Positions 24,755 through 33,156 of a stretch of 33,156 bases of DNA are shown one piece after another. Made by a program: the position numbers and the translations under genes. Each line of letters opens with the position of its first letter. The first letter of the stretch is position 1. The DNA is taken from contig JAZDDD010000758.1 of the NCBI GenBank assembly GCA_036679545.1, positions 1 through 33,156 of the forward strand, given 5' to 3'. The notes below the pieces were generated by a model. That model was not told the origin of the DNA. It made no database searches and was given only the letters and a program-made list of their open reading frames with translations. This DNA is from Gemmatimonadota bacterium. Its GTDB lineage: Bacteria > Gemmatimonadota > Gemmatimonadetes > Gemmatimonadales > GWC2-71-9.

Positions 24755-26842
24755 TTAGTCTTCCGGCTCCAACACCGCCTTTCGAGAGAGACGCATGCGG
24801 CCGCGCTCATCGATGCTCAACAGTTTTACCTTGACGATATCACCCTTCTTCAAGACATCTTCGGTCTTCTCGACCCGTTTGTGATCGAGTTCCGATATGT
24901 GACACAACCCATCCGTTCCCGGCATGATCTCAATGAACGCGCCGAAAGCCGTGGTGCTCTTCACCGGGCCTTCGTAAATTCTTCCGATCTCCGGTTCTTC
25001 GACAAGGCCTTCCACCCGTTGGCGTGCTGCATCGCCAGCGCTGCCACTCACCGCCGAGATGGTCACGACACCCGAATCGTCGATATTGATTTCAGCACCC
25101 GTATCCTCTTGGATGCTACGAATGGTTTTGCCCTTGGGACCAATGACGTCACCAATCTTTTCCGGATTGATTTGAATGGTAAAGATCCGCGGCGCCCACT
25201 TTGAAAGATCCTTACGGGCCGTCGGAAGTTCTTTTTCCATTTCATCTAAGATGTGCAAGCGCGCTGTACGGGCACGACTCAACGCCTCATTCATCGTGTC
25301 CAGGTCGAGCCCGTCGATCTTGATGTCCATCTGGATGGACGTGATCCCCTGACGGGTGCCAGCAACTTTGAAGTCCATGTCACCGAGATGGTCTTCGCTT
25401 CCAAGAATATCGGTGAGGATGGCGACTTTGTCGCCTTCTTTGATCAACCCCATCGCAACACCGGCACATGGAGCCCTAAACGGCACACCCGCATCCATCA
25501 AAGCCAGCGAGCCACCGCACACCGTTGCCATTGACGATGAGCCATTGGACTCCAGCACCTCGGATACAATCCGTATCGTGTAGGGAAAGTCCGAGTACTC
25601 CGGTAGCAACGCCTGCAACGCCCGCTCGGCCAACGCGCCGTGGCCAATCTCGCGCCGGGAAACACCACGAACCGGACGCGCTTCACCCGTTGAAAACGGC
25701 GGGAAATTATAGTGGAGAAGGAAACTTTTGGTTGTTTCTTGTGGCAGGTCTATGCTGTCAATACGCTGTTCGTCTCTGATTGACCCGAGTGTAATGGAAA
25801 CCAGTGCCTGGGTTTGACCGCGTGTAAAAAGCGCGGAGCCGTGGGTCCGGGGGAGTATGCCCGTTTCACAATCAATGGGTCGAACTGTTTCTAGGTCCCG
25901 CCCATCGACGCGTTCTCCCTTCTCAACGACTTGTGCGCGCATGGCGCGTTTTTCAAGCGAGTAAAAAGCCGCCGAAACATGTTTTGTTGAATCCGGATCC
26001 TCTTCCGCAAAAAGCTTTTTGACTTCTTCTCTCAGAACATTGACCGCGTCGGCACGGCCCGCCTTGTCCGCACCGTTGATCGCCTCGAGTAAACGGCCAC
26101 CGACTACGTCTTCGACACGGCTGGAGATGTCGGCGGGACATTCCTGGCTTTCCCATTCCATCATTGGTTGGGACGCCTTGGCAATGATCTCGCTTTGCAT
26201 CTCGACGAGTTCACCGATGGCCTTATGCGCCTCCACCAACGCCTGCGAAATGTCCGCCTCGGCCAGTTCGAGCGCGCCACCTTCTACCATCATGATGTTG
26301 TCCGCATCGCCTGCCGCGACCAGGTCAATATCGGAGTTTTCGAGATCCGCAAACGTGGGATTGACGATCCACTTTCCATCCACGCGGCCCACCCGCACAC
26401 CCGCCACCGGCCCGTCCCACGGGATTTTCGAAATCGAGAGCGCGAGACAAGCGGCCGTCAACCCGATGACATCCGCGCCGTTTTCCTGATCGGCAGAGAG
26501 CACGTAGATGAACACTTGCACTTCATTCTTAAACCCGGCAGGGAACAATGGCCGCAACGTGCGATCAATGAGGCGACACGAGAGAATCTCACCGTCGCTT
26601 GGCCGACCTTCGCGCTTGATAAAACCACCGGGGAATTTGCCCGCCGCGTATGTCTTTTCTCGATACTCCACCGTCATTGGAAAAAACGGCAGATGTGAAG
26701 GTTTATCCCCGACAGTTACGGCGGCCAAAACCATCGTATCGCCAAATTGCAGCAGGACGCTACCGGCCGCTTGTCGGGCGAGTCGCCCCGTCTCAATGCT
26801 CAGCGGACGTCCGGCGAACGTTCGATTTGTCTTATGTACCAT
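24755..26842 (-). CDS. pnp: Polyribonucleotide nucleotidyltransferase (PNPase)
   Basis: 695 aa with two RNase PH-like domains, KH (GPKGKTIRSIQ) and S1 (GAFIEI.PG.DGLCHISEL) C-terminal domains, downstream of rpsO as usual. Confidence 0.95.
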   Translation of the reverse strand: MVHKTNRTFAGRPLSIETGRLARQAAGSVLLQFGDTMVLAAVTVGDKPSHLPFFPMTVEYREKTYAAGKFPGGFIKREGRPSDGEILSCRLIDRTLRPLFPAGFKNEVQVFIYVLSADQENGADVIGLTAACLALSISKIPWDGPVAGVRVGRVDGKWIVNPTFADLENSDIDLVAAGDADNIMMVEGGALELAEADISQALVEAHKAIGELVEMQSEIIAKASQPMMEWESQECPADISSRVEDVVGGRLLEAINGADKAGRADAVNVLREEVKKLFAEEDPDSTKHVSAAFYSLEKRAMRAQVVEKGERVDGRDLETVRPIDCETGILPRTHGSALFTRGQTQALVSITLGSIRDEQRIDSIDLPQETTKSFLLHYNFPPFSTGEARPVRGVSRREIGHGALAERALQALLPEYSDFPYTIRIVSEVLESNGSSSMATVCGGSLALMDAGVPFRAPCAGVAMGLIKEGDKVAILTDILGSEDHLGDMDFKVAGTRQGITSIQMDIKIDGLDLDTMNEALSRARTARLHILDEMEKELPTARKDLSKWAPRIFTIQINPEKIGDVIGPKGKTIRSIQEDTGAEINIDDSGVVTISAVSGSAGDAARQRVEGLVEEPEIGRIYEGPVKSTTAFGAFIEIMPGTDGLCHISELDHKRVEKTEDVLKKGDIVKVKLLSIDERGRMRLSRKAVLEPED

Positions 26843-26865
26843 GGTTTTCCTACGAGAACATCGGG

Positions 26866-26906
26866 AAGAAAAAAGGCGCCCAGCGTGTCGTCACCCCGGA
26901 CGCCCC
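26866..26906 (-). terminator. rpsO terminator / pnp leader hairpin
   Basis: On the - strand, a GC-rich stem of about 9 bp (two G:U pairs) formed by 26898-26906 with 26875-83 is followed by UUUUUUCUUC (reverse complement of 26865-26874). It lies between the rpsO stop and the pnp start. Confidence 0.45.
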
Positions 26907-26925
26907 ACGTCGTTTGACGCGGTGC

Positions 26926-27186
26926 TTAATGACGAAGACCCAGCTGCTCGATCAAACCTCGATACCCGGCCAGGTCTTTACGTCGAAGGTAGGCAAGTAA
27001 GCGCCGCCTTCGACTGACCATTGCCAGCAACCCGCGGCGTCCGTGATGATCTTTTTTGTGTGCTCGAAAATGATCGGTTAGCGTGTTGATACGCTCTGTG
27101 AGAACCGCCACTTGCACTGGCACCGACCCTGTATCCGAATCACTCAGTCGGTGTTTCTCGATGACGGCCTGCTTGTCAAACCCCAT
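26926..27186 (-). CDS. rpsO: 30S ribosomal protein S15
   Basis: 86 aa. [37 protein letters not shown]...LGLRH is the S15 signature. Confidence 0.95.
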   Translation of the reverse strand: MGFDKQAVIEKHRLSDSDTGSVPVQVAVLTERINTLTDHFRAHKKDHHGRRGLLAMVSRRRRLLAYLRRKDLAGYRGLIEQLGLRH

Positions 27187-27287
27187 GAAATGTGTATCCT
27201 CACAACACGTGAGCCGAAATTGTTGTTATTGCTCGATTTATATCAGCTGGGCAATGTAGCTGGGCCCCCGTACTGTGTAAAGTCCAC

Positions 27288-28150
27288 ATGGCTCTCGACC
27301 CCGAAGAACTCCTACAAATCACCCTGGCGGGCCTCACCTTGGAGCGTTTCGTGGGGCACGGTCGGTTCGCCTGGGTTTATCTCGCCCGCAATCAGGACGA
27401 CGGTCATCCCGTAGCCGTAAAAGTCCTCGCGCCCAGCTACGCGGGTGAATCGGAATTCGAAGGTCGCTTCCGCAACGAGGCGGAAACCGCCTCGCGGCTC
27501 GATCACACACACATCATTCGCATCAGGCACATTGGCGCAGAGTCTGGCTTGACGTTTCTGGTGATGGACTACTATCCGGATTCACTTGCCAATCGTGTCG
27601 GCAAGAACGGCGTTGGACCGTCCGAAGACTTCCTCACTCAGGTGGCGGACGATATTGCGGGCGCGCTTGCGTTTGCTCACGACGCCGACATCGTGCATCG
27701 AGACATTAAGCCGGACAATATCCTCCTCGCCGGGCCGTGCTGGCCGATTTCGGCATAGCAAAAGCTATGTCCGCGCTTGTGAGTGGAACGGGCGCCAACA
27801 TGACAATTGGAACCCCGCACTATCTGTCACCCGAACAGGCCCAGGGTCTGAAAATCGACGGCCGAAGCGATCTCTACTCGCTTGGCGTGACACTCTATAG
27901 AGCCGCCACGGGGGCCCTGCCATTCCGATCTGTCGATTGGTTTGAACTAGCCCGAATGCACGTCGAGGATCCTCCCATCCGCCCAACACAAATCCGACCG
28001 GATCTGAGCAGTCACCTCGAAAATATCATCCTGACCTTGTTGGCGAAGTCACCGGAGGACCGCTATCCGACCGCAACCGCTCTGCGACAGGACATCAGAC
28101 GAATCCGCGCGCTACGACAGGCCACCGAAGCGACCCGTACTCCGCGATAG
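27288..28150 (+). pseudogene. Hanks-type Ser/Thr protein kinase (kinase domain only), split by a frameshift just before the DFG motif
   Basis: ORF 27288-27758 carries the Gly-loop VGHGRFAWVY, VAVKVL and HRDIKPDNILLAG, then a stop. ORF 27737-28150, in the -1 frame, continues (A)VLADFGIAKAM...GTPHYLSPEQ...DLYSLGVTLY. Together they make one kinase domain of about 287 aa. Confidence 0.75.
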
Positions 28151-28260
28151 ATGGCTAGGGATTGGGCGCCACGTGAAGTCCACACCGTAGGCGCTTCGCG
28201 TAGGGGTAGTCCGGAGTCGCTACAACAGTCCGGCGGATGGTTAGAAACCAAACCGACCGC

Positions 28261-29625
28261 TTAGAGACCAAAGACACGCCTCAGATCGTTGGTCAAGGCC
28301 AGCACCATGATCCCCAAGAGAAGCACAAGACCAAATTGGGTAAGTCGCAACCGGAGCCCCATAGATAAAGGCTTGCCGCGAATCCCTTCAGCAAACAGAA
28401 AAACGAGTTGGCCCCCGTCCAACACCGGAATGGGCAGCAGGTTAAGGATTGCCAGGTTGACGGAGAACATGGCCATGAAGCTGAGAAACGCAAAAGCGCC
28501 CAATCTTGCCGTCTGACCCGATATCTGCCCGATGAGAACGGGGCCGCCCAGTTCCCGCGCAGACATTCGCCCCAGGACCAACTCTCTGAGGGCGAACAAA
28601 ATAAGCCGGGAGTCGGCACCCACTTCACGAAAACCACCTACCACCGCTCCACCAAGACCGACATCTATTCGACGGAAGGGGTTCTGTTGTTGCACACCAA
28701 TACGACCAATCTCTTCGACATCGCCGGTCAACCGATCAGTGACTGATTCCAACCGGGGCGTTGCAGAGAGTTGCACAAGCGTATCGGCGCGCACCACAAC
28801 AAAGTCCAAACTTTGATTGGCGCTCACCTCGACGATGCTCCGCATCTCACTCCAATCGCGCACCGTGTCTCGGGCAATGCGGACGATCAGGTCACCGGGT
28901 TCAAACCCCGCGTGGTCCGCCGCAGAACCGCCTTGGATCAAAGAAATGCTGGCCGGACGTTTAGGTGGTAGTGCGGCCAAAATGCCTTCCCGTTCCTCGG
29001 CATCGAAGTTGACACTGCCCACGGAAATTGGCTCGATATCGCCCGCGAATTCAAATACGAATGGTCCGTTAGTGGGACCGAATATTTGTTGGCCGATATC
29101 CCCCCATGACGCAATCGTGTCGCCGTTGATTCGAATGATTTGGGCACCATACGGTAGCGTACTCAACGCCTGCGCGGTGGCTGGTAGGCTGGCAACGTCC
29201 ACCGCAGCGATTTGTGTGGTAGGATCTTCGCCGCGGCCGTAAATGGCCAATAACCCAACATGGACGACATAGGCGAAAATCATGTTCATGATCACGCCAG
29301 CGGATATGACGAGGATCCGTGCTAACAGGGATTTGTTTTCAAACAGTTTATCGGGTGGGAAATCTTGTCCGTCGAGGCCACCCTCCAATGCGTCCATGTC
29401 TGAGTCTTCGCCGGTTGCCATTTTCACATAGCCACCGAAGGGGATCCACGAGATGACATACTCGGTTTCGCCCCGACGAAACGAAAGAGGTGTTGCGGGT
29501 CCAAGACCAATGGAAAAACGTGGCACACCAATCCCGACCGCCTTGGCCGCCCAGAAGTGCCCGAGTTCGTGCACAAAAATGAGCACTCCCAACACAATGA
29601 TTGTCGCGCCGATTGTCAGCAGCAT
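28261..29625 (-). CDS. rseP: RIP metalloprotease RseP (site-2 protease, M50)
   Basis: HExxH (VHELGHFWAAK) in TM1, a PDZ-like middle region, and NLLPIPVLDGG near the C-terminus. I prefer ATG 29625 (MLLTIGATIIV...) to the track's TTG 29652. Confidence 0.9.
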   Translation of the reverse strand: MLLTIGATIIVLGVLIFVHELGHFWAAKAVGIGVPRFSIGLGPATPLSFRRGETEYVISWIPFGGYVKMATGEDSDMDALEGGLDGQDFPPDKLFENKSLLARILVISAGVIMNMIFAYVVHVGLLAIYGRGEDPTTQIAAVDVASLPATAQALSTLPYGAQIIRINGDTIASWGDIGQQIFGPTNGPFVFEFAGDIEPISVGSVNFDAEEREGILAALPPKRPASISLIQGGSAADHAGFEPGDLIVRIARDTVRDWSEMRSIVEVSANQSLDFVVVRADTLVQLSATPRLESVTDRLTGDVEEIGRIGVQQQNPFRRIDVGLGGAVVGGFREVGADSRLILFALRELVLGRMSARELGGPVLIGQISGQTARLGAFAFLSFMAMFSVNLAILNLLPIPVLDGGQLVFLFAEGIRGKPLSMGLRLRLTQFGLVLLLGIMVLALTNDLRRVFGL

Positions 29626-30761
29626 GCATCCTCCGCGGTCTTTCTTGCCCAACGATCAACCGACAAAACTGAGTCCAGGTCTGAAGCGGGCTCGCCTCTA
29701 TAGCGTTGTAGTACGTGATCGATAACGGCTGGGATTCGACTAAACGGAATGCGATTTCCCAGGAACGCCTGAACCGCAATCTCATTTGCCGCGTTGAATG
29801 CGGTCGGTGCGGTTTCACCGACACGGCCCGCGTTCACACCGAGGCCAAACGTCGGGAAGTCGTCGTATCTAACAGCCTCAAAGGTCAGGCCACTGGCTTG
29901 CACGGGGTCAAAACGTTCGACACCGCCGTCCGTGAGGCGTTCCGGATAGGTCAGTGCGTAAAAAATGGGCAACTCCATTGATGGACGCCCGATCTGAGCG
30001 AGTATGGATCCATCCACGAACTCAGTAAAGGCATGCACGATGGATTGTGGGTGCACGACCACCTCAATCTGATCGTACGTCAATCCAAATAGATAATGCG
30101 CCTCGATGACTTCGAGGGCCTTGTTTGCCAATGTTGCGCTATCCACCGTGATCTTCTTACCCATCTCCCACGTCGGATGTTGCAACGCATCGGACACGGT
30201 CGCTTGTTGGATTCGCTCGGGTGACCACTCCCGGAATGGACCACCGGATGCGGTCAAAATAATCTTTGAGACGTCTCCATGTTTCCCACCGGCAATGCAC
30301 TGCAAGACCGCGCTGTGCTCTGAATCAACGGGGACGATCTCCCCACCGTCACGAGCGGCGTCAAGGACCAGTGACCCGGCCATCACCAACGTCTCTTTGT
30401 TGGCCAACGCGACTCGTTTGCCCGCGTTGAGCGCGGCGATGGTTGCGCGGAGGCCCGCCGCGCCGACAACGGCATTGACGACGATATCGACGTCTGGGTG
30501 GGTGGCTGCTTCGACTAGGCACTCAGGGCCTGCTCCATGCACAGAGCGCCCATTGGTGGCAAGCCACTTGTCGCCAGGGGCGCTATTGACCAAACCGAGG
30601 TACCGCGCGCCCGTTTGGGTTCCCTGGTGCGCCAATTGGTCCCGGGAGTCGCGTGCGGTGAGCGCGACGACGTGAAAGCGGTCACGCTGCCGTGCCACGA
30701 CTCGCAATGTGGACGTACCGATCGAGCCCGTCGAACCGAGTACGGCGATCCCCTTGCTCAC
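29616..30761 (-). CDS. dxr: 1-deoxy-D-xylulose 5-phosphate reductoisomerase
   Basis: IAVLGSTGSIGTSTL NADPH loop; LANKE, DSEHSA and HPxWxMG (HPTWEMGKKITVDSATL) blocks. GTG 30761 forms a GTGA overlap with the cdsA stop, and I prefer it to the track start 30809. Confidence 0.9.
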   Translation of the reverse strand: MSKGIAVLGSTGSIGTSTLRVVARQRDRFHVVALTARDSRDQLAHQGTQTGARYLGLVNSAPGDKWLATNGRSVHGAGPECLVEAATHPDVDIVVNAVVGAAGLRATIAALNAGKRVALANKETLVMAGSLVLDAARDGGEIVPVDSEHSAVLQCIAGGKHGDVSKIILTASGGPFREWSPERIQQATVSDALQHPTWEMGKKITVDSATLANKALEVIEAHYLFGLTYDQIEVVVHPQSIVHAFTEFVDGSILAQIGRPSMELPIFYALTYPERLTDGGVERFDPVQASGLTFEAVRYDDFPTFGLGVNAGRVGETAPTAFNAANEIAVQAFLGNRIPFSRIPAVIDHVLQRYRGEPASDLDSVLSVDRWARKTAEDACC

Positions 30762-31615
30762 AGCACGCCAAAGGTAAGAAGAAGCATGGAGGAGATGGGC
30801 AGTACCCAATACAAAGAGTCCAACCGGTCAAGCACGCCACCGTGTTCGCCAAAGAACTTGCCGGAGTCCTTGGTACTGGCAGACCTCTTGAGCAGTGACT
30901 CGGCAAGATCACCAATCTGACCAAACACGCCCACGGCGACTCCCAGTATTACCAACTGCACAGGGGAAACGATGAAGCCTGACGGTGCAAGAAAGAAAAA
31001 ATTAAACACGAACGCCACCAACACGGCGCCCACCAAACCTGAAACAGCTCCCGACCAGGTCTTGTTGGGACTGACGACCGGGGCAAACTTGGGCCCACCG
31101 AACATGGAACCGCCGGTCATCGCGAATGAGTCACAGATCCACGTCATCACGAGGGGAAGGAAGACCAACCAGGTCGCCGCAAGCGGTGCAACACCCTCGA
31201 CGCCGTGGCGTAAAAAGAGGATAAAAGATGGAAGTGCTGAGGTGTAAATCGGCGCGAACGTGGTTGCACAAATAGTAGAGAATGTTTCGGGACCAGGTTT
31301 GCGTGTCCAAATCGTCGATGCCAACGCCAAGAGAAACCACATGACGCCCAGATACATGGCCCAAACGGGGTTGAGTCTCTGGGGGCCTACGAGCAGATAC
31401 GCTGACATCGGGAACGCCACGGCACCCAGCACACCCACCCAAACGACTGGCTTTGCCCCGACTTTTTGCGCCATGCGATAAAATTCCAGCGTGCCGACGA
31501 CACCTAACAAGCCGATGGCTGCCACCATTAACCAACCGCCAACGTACACCATGCCAAGTGTCAGCGGGATCGCGATCGCCGCGACCAAAATCCGACGACT
31601 TAACGACGACGCCAC
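30758..31615 (-). CDS. cdsA: Phosphatidate cytidylyltransferase
   Basis: 285-aa polytopic membrane protein with the CDS signature SLLKRSASTKDSGKFFGEHGGVLDRLDS. GTG start shares 1 nt with the uppS stop. Confidence 0.85.
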   Translation of the reverse strand: MASSLSRRILVAAIAIPLTLGMVYVGGWLMVAAIGLLGVVGTLEFYRMAQKVGAKPVVWVGVLGAVAFPMSAYLLVGPQRLNPVWAMYLGVMWFLLALASTIWTRKPGPETFSTICATTFAPIYTSALPSFILFLRHGVEGVAPLAATWLVFLPLVMTWICDSFAMTGGSMFGGPKFAPVVSPNKTWSGAVSGLVGAVLVAFVFNFFFLAPSGFIVSPVQLVILGVAVGVFGQIGDLAESLLKRSASTKDSGKFFGEHGGVLDRLDSLYWVLPISSMLLLTFGVL

Positions 31616-32403
31616 TAGACGGTCACTTTCCCAAACCGCCTCTCTCGACCCTGGTAGTCGAGAATGGCCTCAAACAGGTTGCGACGCCCAAAGTCCGGCC
31701 AGAATACCGGTGTGACCAACAGCTCCGTGTACGCAAGTTGCCACAGCAAGAAATTCGAGATGCGGTGCTCGCCGGACGTCCGGATCAGTAGGTCGGGATC
31801 ACCCCACGGCGCCGTGTACAGGCGTTCTGCAATTTTATCTTCGGTGATTTCGTCCGGCGACATACGTCCGTCTTGCACGTCCTCGGCCAGCATTCGTGCG
31901 GCACGGGTCAGTTCCGCGCGCGACGAATACGAAAGGCAAAGATTCAAGTTCAGTGTTGCGCCGCCGGCGGTTTCTTCGGACAGAAGGCGAATGGCATCCT
32001 GCGCGCCCGGTCCAAGCCTATCCAGGTCGCCCAATACATGCACTTCAACGCCGTTCTCGCGTAGTTCCGCGGTTTCACGAGCAATATATTCTTTGAGTAA
32101 GGCCATCAACGCGGAAATCTCGTCGGCGGGCCTTGACCAGTTTTCTTGTGAGAATGCAAAAAGTGTGAGCGTTCGTACGCCAACCTGTCGGCAGGCTTCG
32201 ACTACCGCGCGCACGGACTTCATTCCCGCCTTGTGTCCCGCAGGTCTGGGCAACATCCTGTTCCGTGCCCATCGGCCGTTGCCATCCATGATGATGGCCA
32301 CGTGTTGTGGCACATCGCCGTTAAGTTTTACCTGCGTTACTAACTCGATTTCGTCGGCGTTGCGGGAGAAAGAGGACATAGACGAATGGAAGTCCGCACT
32401 CAC
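31615..32403 (-). CDS. uppS: Isoprenyl transferase (undecaprenyl-diphosphate synthase)
   Basis: HVAIIMDGNGRWA and IRTSGEHRISNFLLWQLAYTEL are cis-prenyltransferase signatures. The GTG start overlaps the frr stop (GTGA). Confidence 0.9.
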   Translation of the reverse strand: MSADFHSSMSSFSRNADEIELVTQVKLNGDVPQHVAIIMDGNGRWARNRMLPRPAGHKAGMKSVRAVVEACRQVGVRTLTLFAFSQENWSRPADEISALMALLKEYIARETAELRENGVEVHVLGDLDRLGPGAQDAIRLLSEETAGGATLNLNLCLSYSSRAELTRAARMLAEDVQDGRMSPDEITEDKIAERLYTAPWGDPDLLIRTSGEHRISNFLLWQLAYTELLVTPVFWPDFGRRNLFEAILDYQGRERRFGKVTV

Positions 32404-32954
32404 ACCTCCATGATCTCCGCTTCTTTGGCCTTGATGAGCTGCTCGATCTGTTCGATGGCGTCGTCATGGAGTTTCTGAACATCTTTGTCGGCGTGGCGCT
32501 TTTCATCATCTGATACGTGTTCGACTTTTTTGATGTGAGCCAGCCCGTCAGTCCGTCCGTGCCTCACGCCAATGCGTCCGTCTTCGGCAAGCTTGCGGAC
32601 CACCTTGACCAGGTCTTTGCGTCTCTCTTCGGTTAACGGAGGCAGCGGCACGCGAATAATATTTCCGTCATTCGACGGATTGAGACCGAGTTCGGAACTC
32701 TGAATCGATTTCTCGATGGCCGGTATAATGGTTTTGTCCCACGGTTGTATCGTGAGCATGCGGGGTTCCGGTGCCGATACCGATGCCACCTGACTCAACG
32801 GTACCTGTTGGCCGTACGCTTCGACACGCACGGTGTCCAGTAGACTGGTTGTGGCCTTCCCGCTGCGGATGGTCGACAATTCGCGTTTCGTATTGTCGAG
32901 CGCCTTCCGCATCGACTCTTTTGTGTTTTTGATGATCTCGGTGAGGTCGCTCAT
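32400..32954 (-). CDS. frr: Ribosome recycling factor
   Basis: 184 aa, RRF-like throughout (LSTIRSGKATTSLLD.V.VEAYG...PLPPLTEERRKDLVK), in pyrH-frr synteny. Confidence 0.95.
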   Translation of the reverse strand: MSDLTEIIKNTKESMRKALDNTKRELSTIRSGKATTSLLDTVRVEAYGQQVPLSQVASVSAPEPRMLTIQPWDKTIIPAIEKSIQSSELGLNPSNDGNIIRVPLPPLTEERRKDLVKVVRKLAEDGRIGVRHGRTDGLAHIKKVEHVSDDEKRHADKDVQKLHDDAIEQIEQLIKAKEAEIMEV

Positions 32955-33156
32955 CGCACTAACGTACCGATACGCTCGCCGTGCAAAACGCGTCCGATAG
33001 CTCCACGTTGGTTGACGTTCATGACGACGATCGGTAAACCGTTGTCCTTACATAGACTGAACGCATTTGCATCCATGACGCCGAGCTCCTGTTCGATAGC
33101 CCGCTGGAAAGTAACTTCGGGAATAAACTCCGCCTTCGGATCCACCTTCGGATCTG
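32951..33156 (-). CDS. pyrH: UMP kinase, C-terminal fragment (gene continues past the right edge)
   Basis: Open to the window edge. The C-terminal sequence ...VMDANAFSLCKDNGLPIVVMNVNQRGAIGRVLHGERIGTLVR is PyrH-like. The stop overlaps the frr ATG (ATGA). Confidence 0.85.
   Translation of the reverse strand, partial: DPKVDPKAEFIPEVTFQRAIEQELGVMDANAFSLCKDNGLPIVVMNVNQRGAIGRVLHGERIGTLVR

Noticed and set aside
28151-28260. A bidirectional terminator between the convergent kinase and rseP genes
   Set aside because: Only a 5-bp GCGCC/GGCGC stem with a loop of about 19 nt is present, and there is no flanking T- or A-run. This is too weak to call.
31664-32413. 249-aa + strand ORF
   Set aside because: It lies antisense to uppS, which has unambiguous cis-prenyltransferase signatures. 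The Ser/Arg-rich translation has no recognisable motif.

Overview
This is a GC-rich bacterial chromosomal window with no rRNA or tRNA genes. I cannot fix the phylum from sequence alone. Most of it is tightly packed core housekeeping. purF' and ppdK sit on the + strand at the left edge. From about 7.6 kb to the right edge almost everything is on the - strand: dusB, guaA, lysA, proS, hisS, folC, accD, rodA-mrdA-mreDCB, ald, an M16 peptidase, pnp, rpsO, then rseP-dxr-cdsA-uppS-frr-pyrH'. Many of these genes share 1-4 nt start/stop overlaps. The only accessory region is about 3.05-7.11 kb, wedged between ppdK and a - strand tmRNA gene (ssrA, 7108-7465). It holds an uncalled 36-aa ORF with a strong Shine-Dalgarno (SD) site and a lasso-peptide-type leader motif, followed by a perfect 12-bp intrinsic terminator. 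Downstream are translationally coupled genes for an HPr-kinase-like kinase, a PqqD-like RRE (B1) and a transglutaminase-like leader peptidase (B2), followed by a frameshifted NTP_transf_5-type nucleotidyltransferase. This is the lasso leader-processing and tailoring toolkit, but the window contains no Asn-synthetase-like cyclase and no exporter. That makes it the best candidate for an undescribed system (a cyclase-independent RiPP). A split cluster or a decaying remnant are honest alternatives. Next to it, a 217-bp element fills the ssrA/yfcH-like intergenic space. It has about 45-nt imperfect terminal inverted repeats, heptad repeats and five tandem 31-nt units. Other oddities are a Hanks-type Ser/Thr kinase broken by a frameshift just before the DFG motif, and folC homology that continues upstream of any canonical start codon. 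All calls come from reading translations and motifs by eye. No database search was run.
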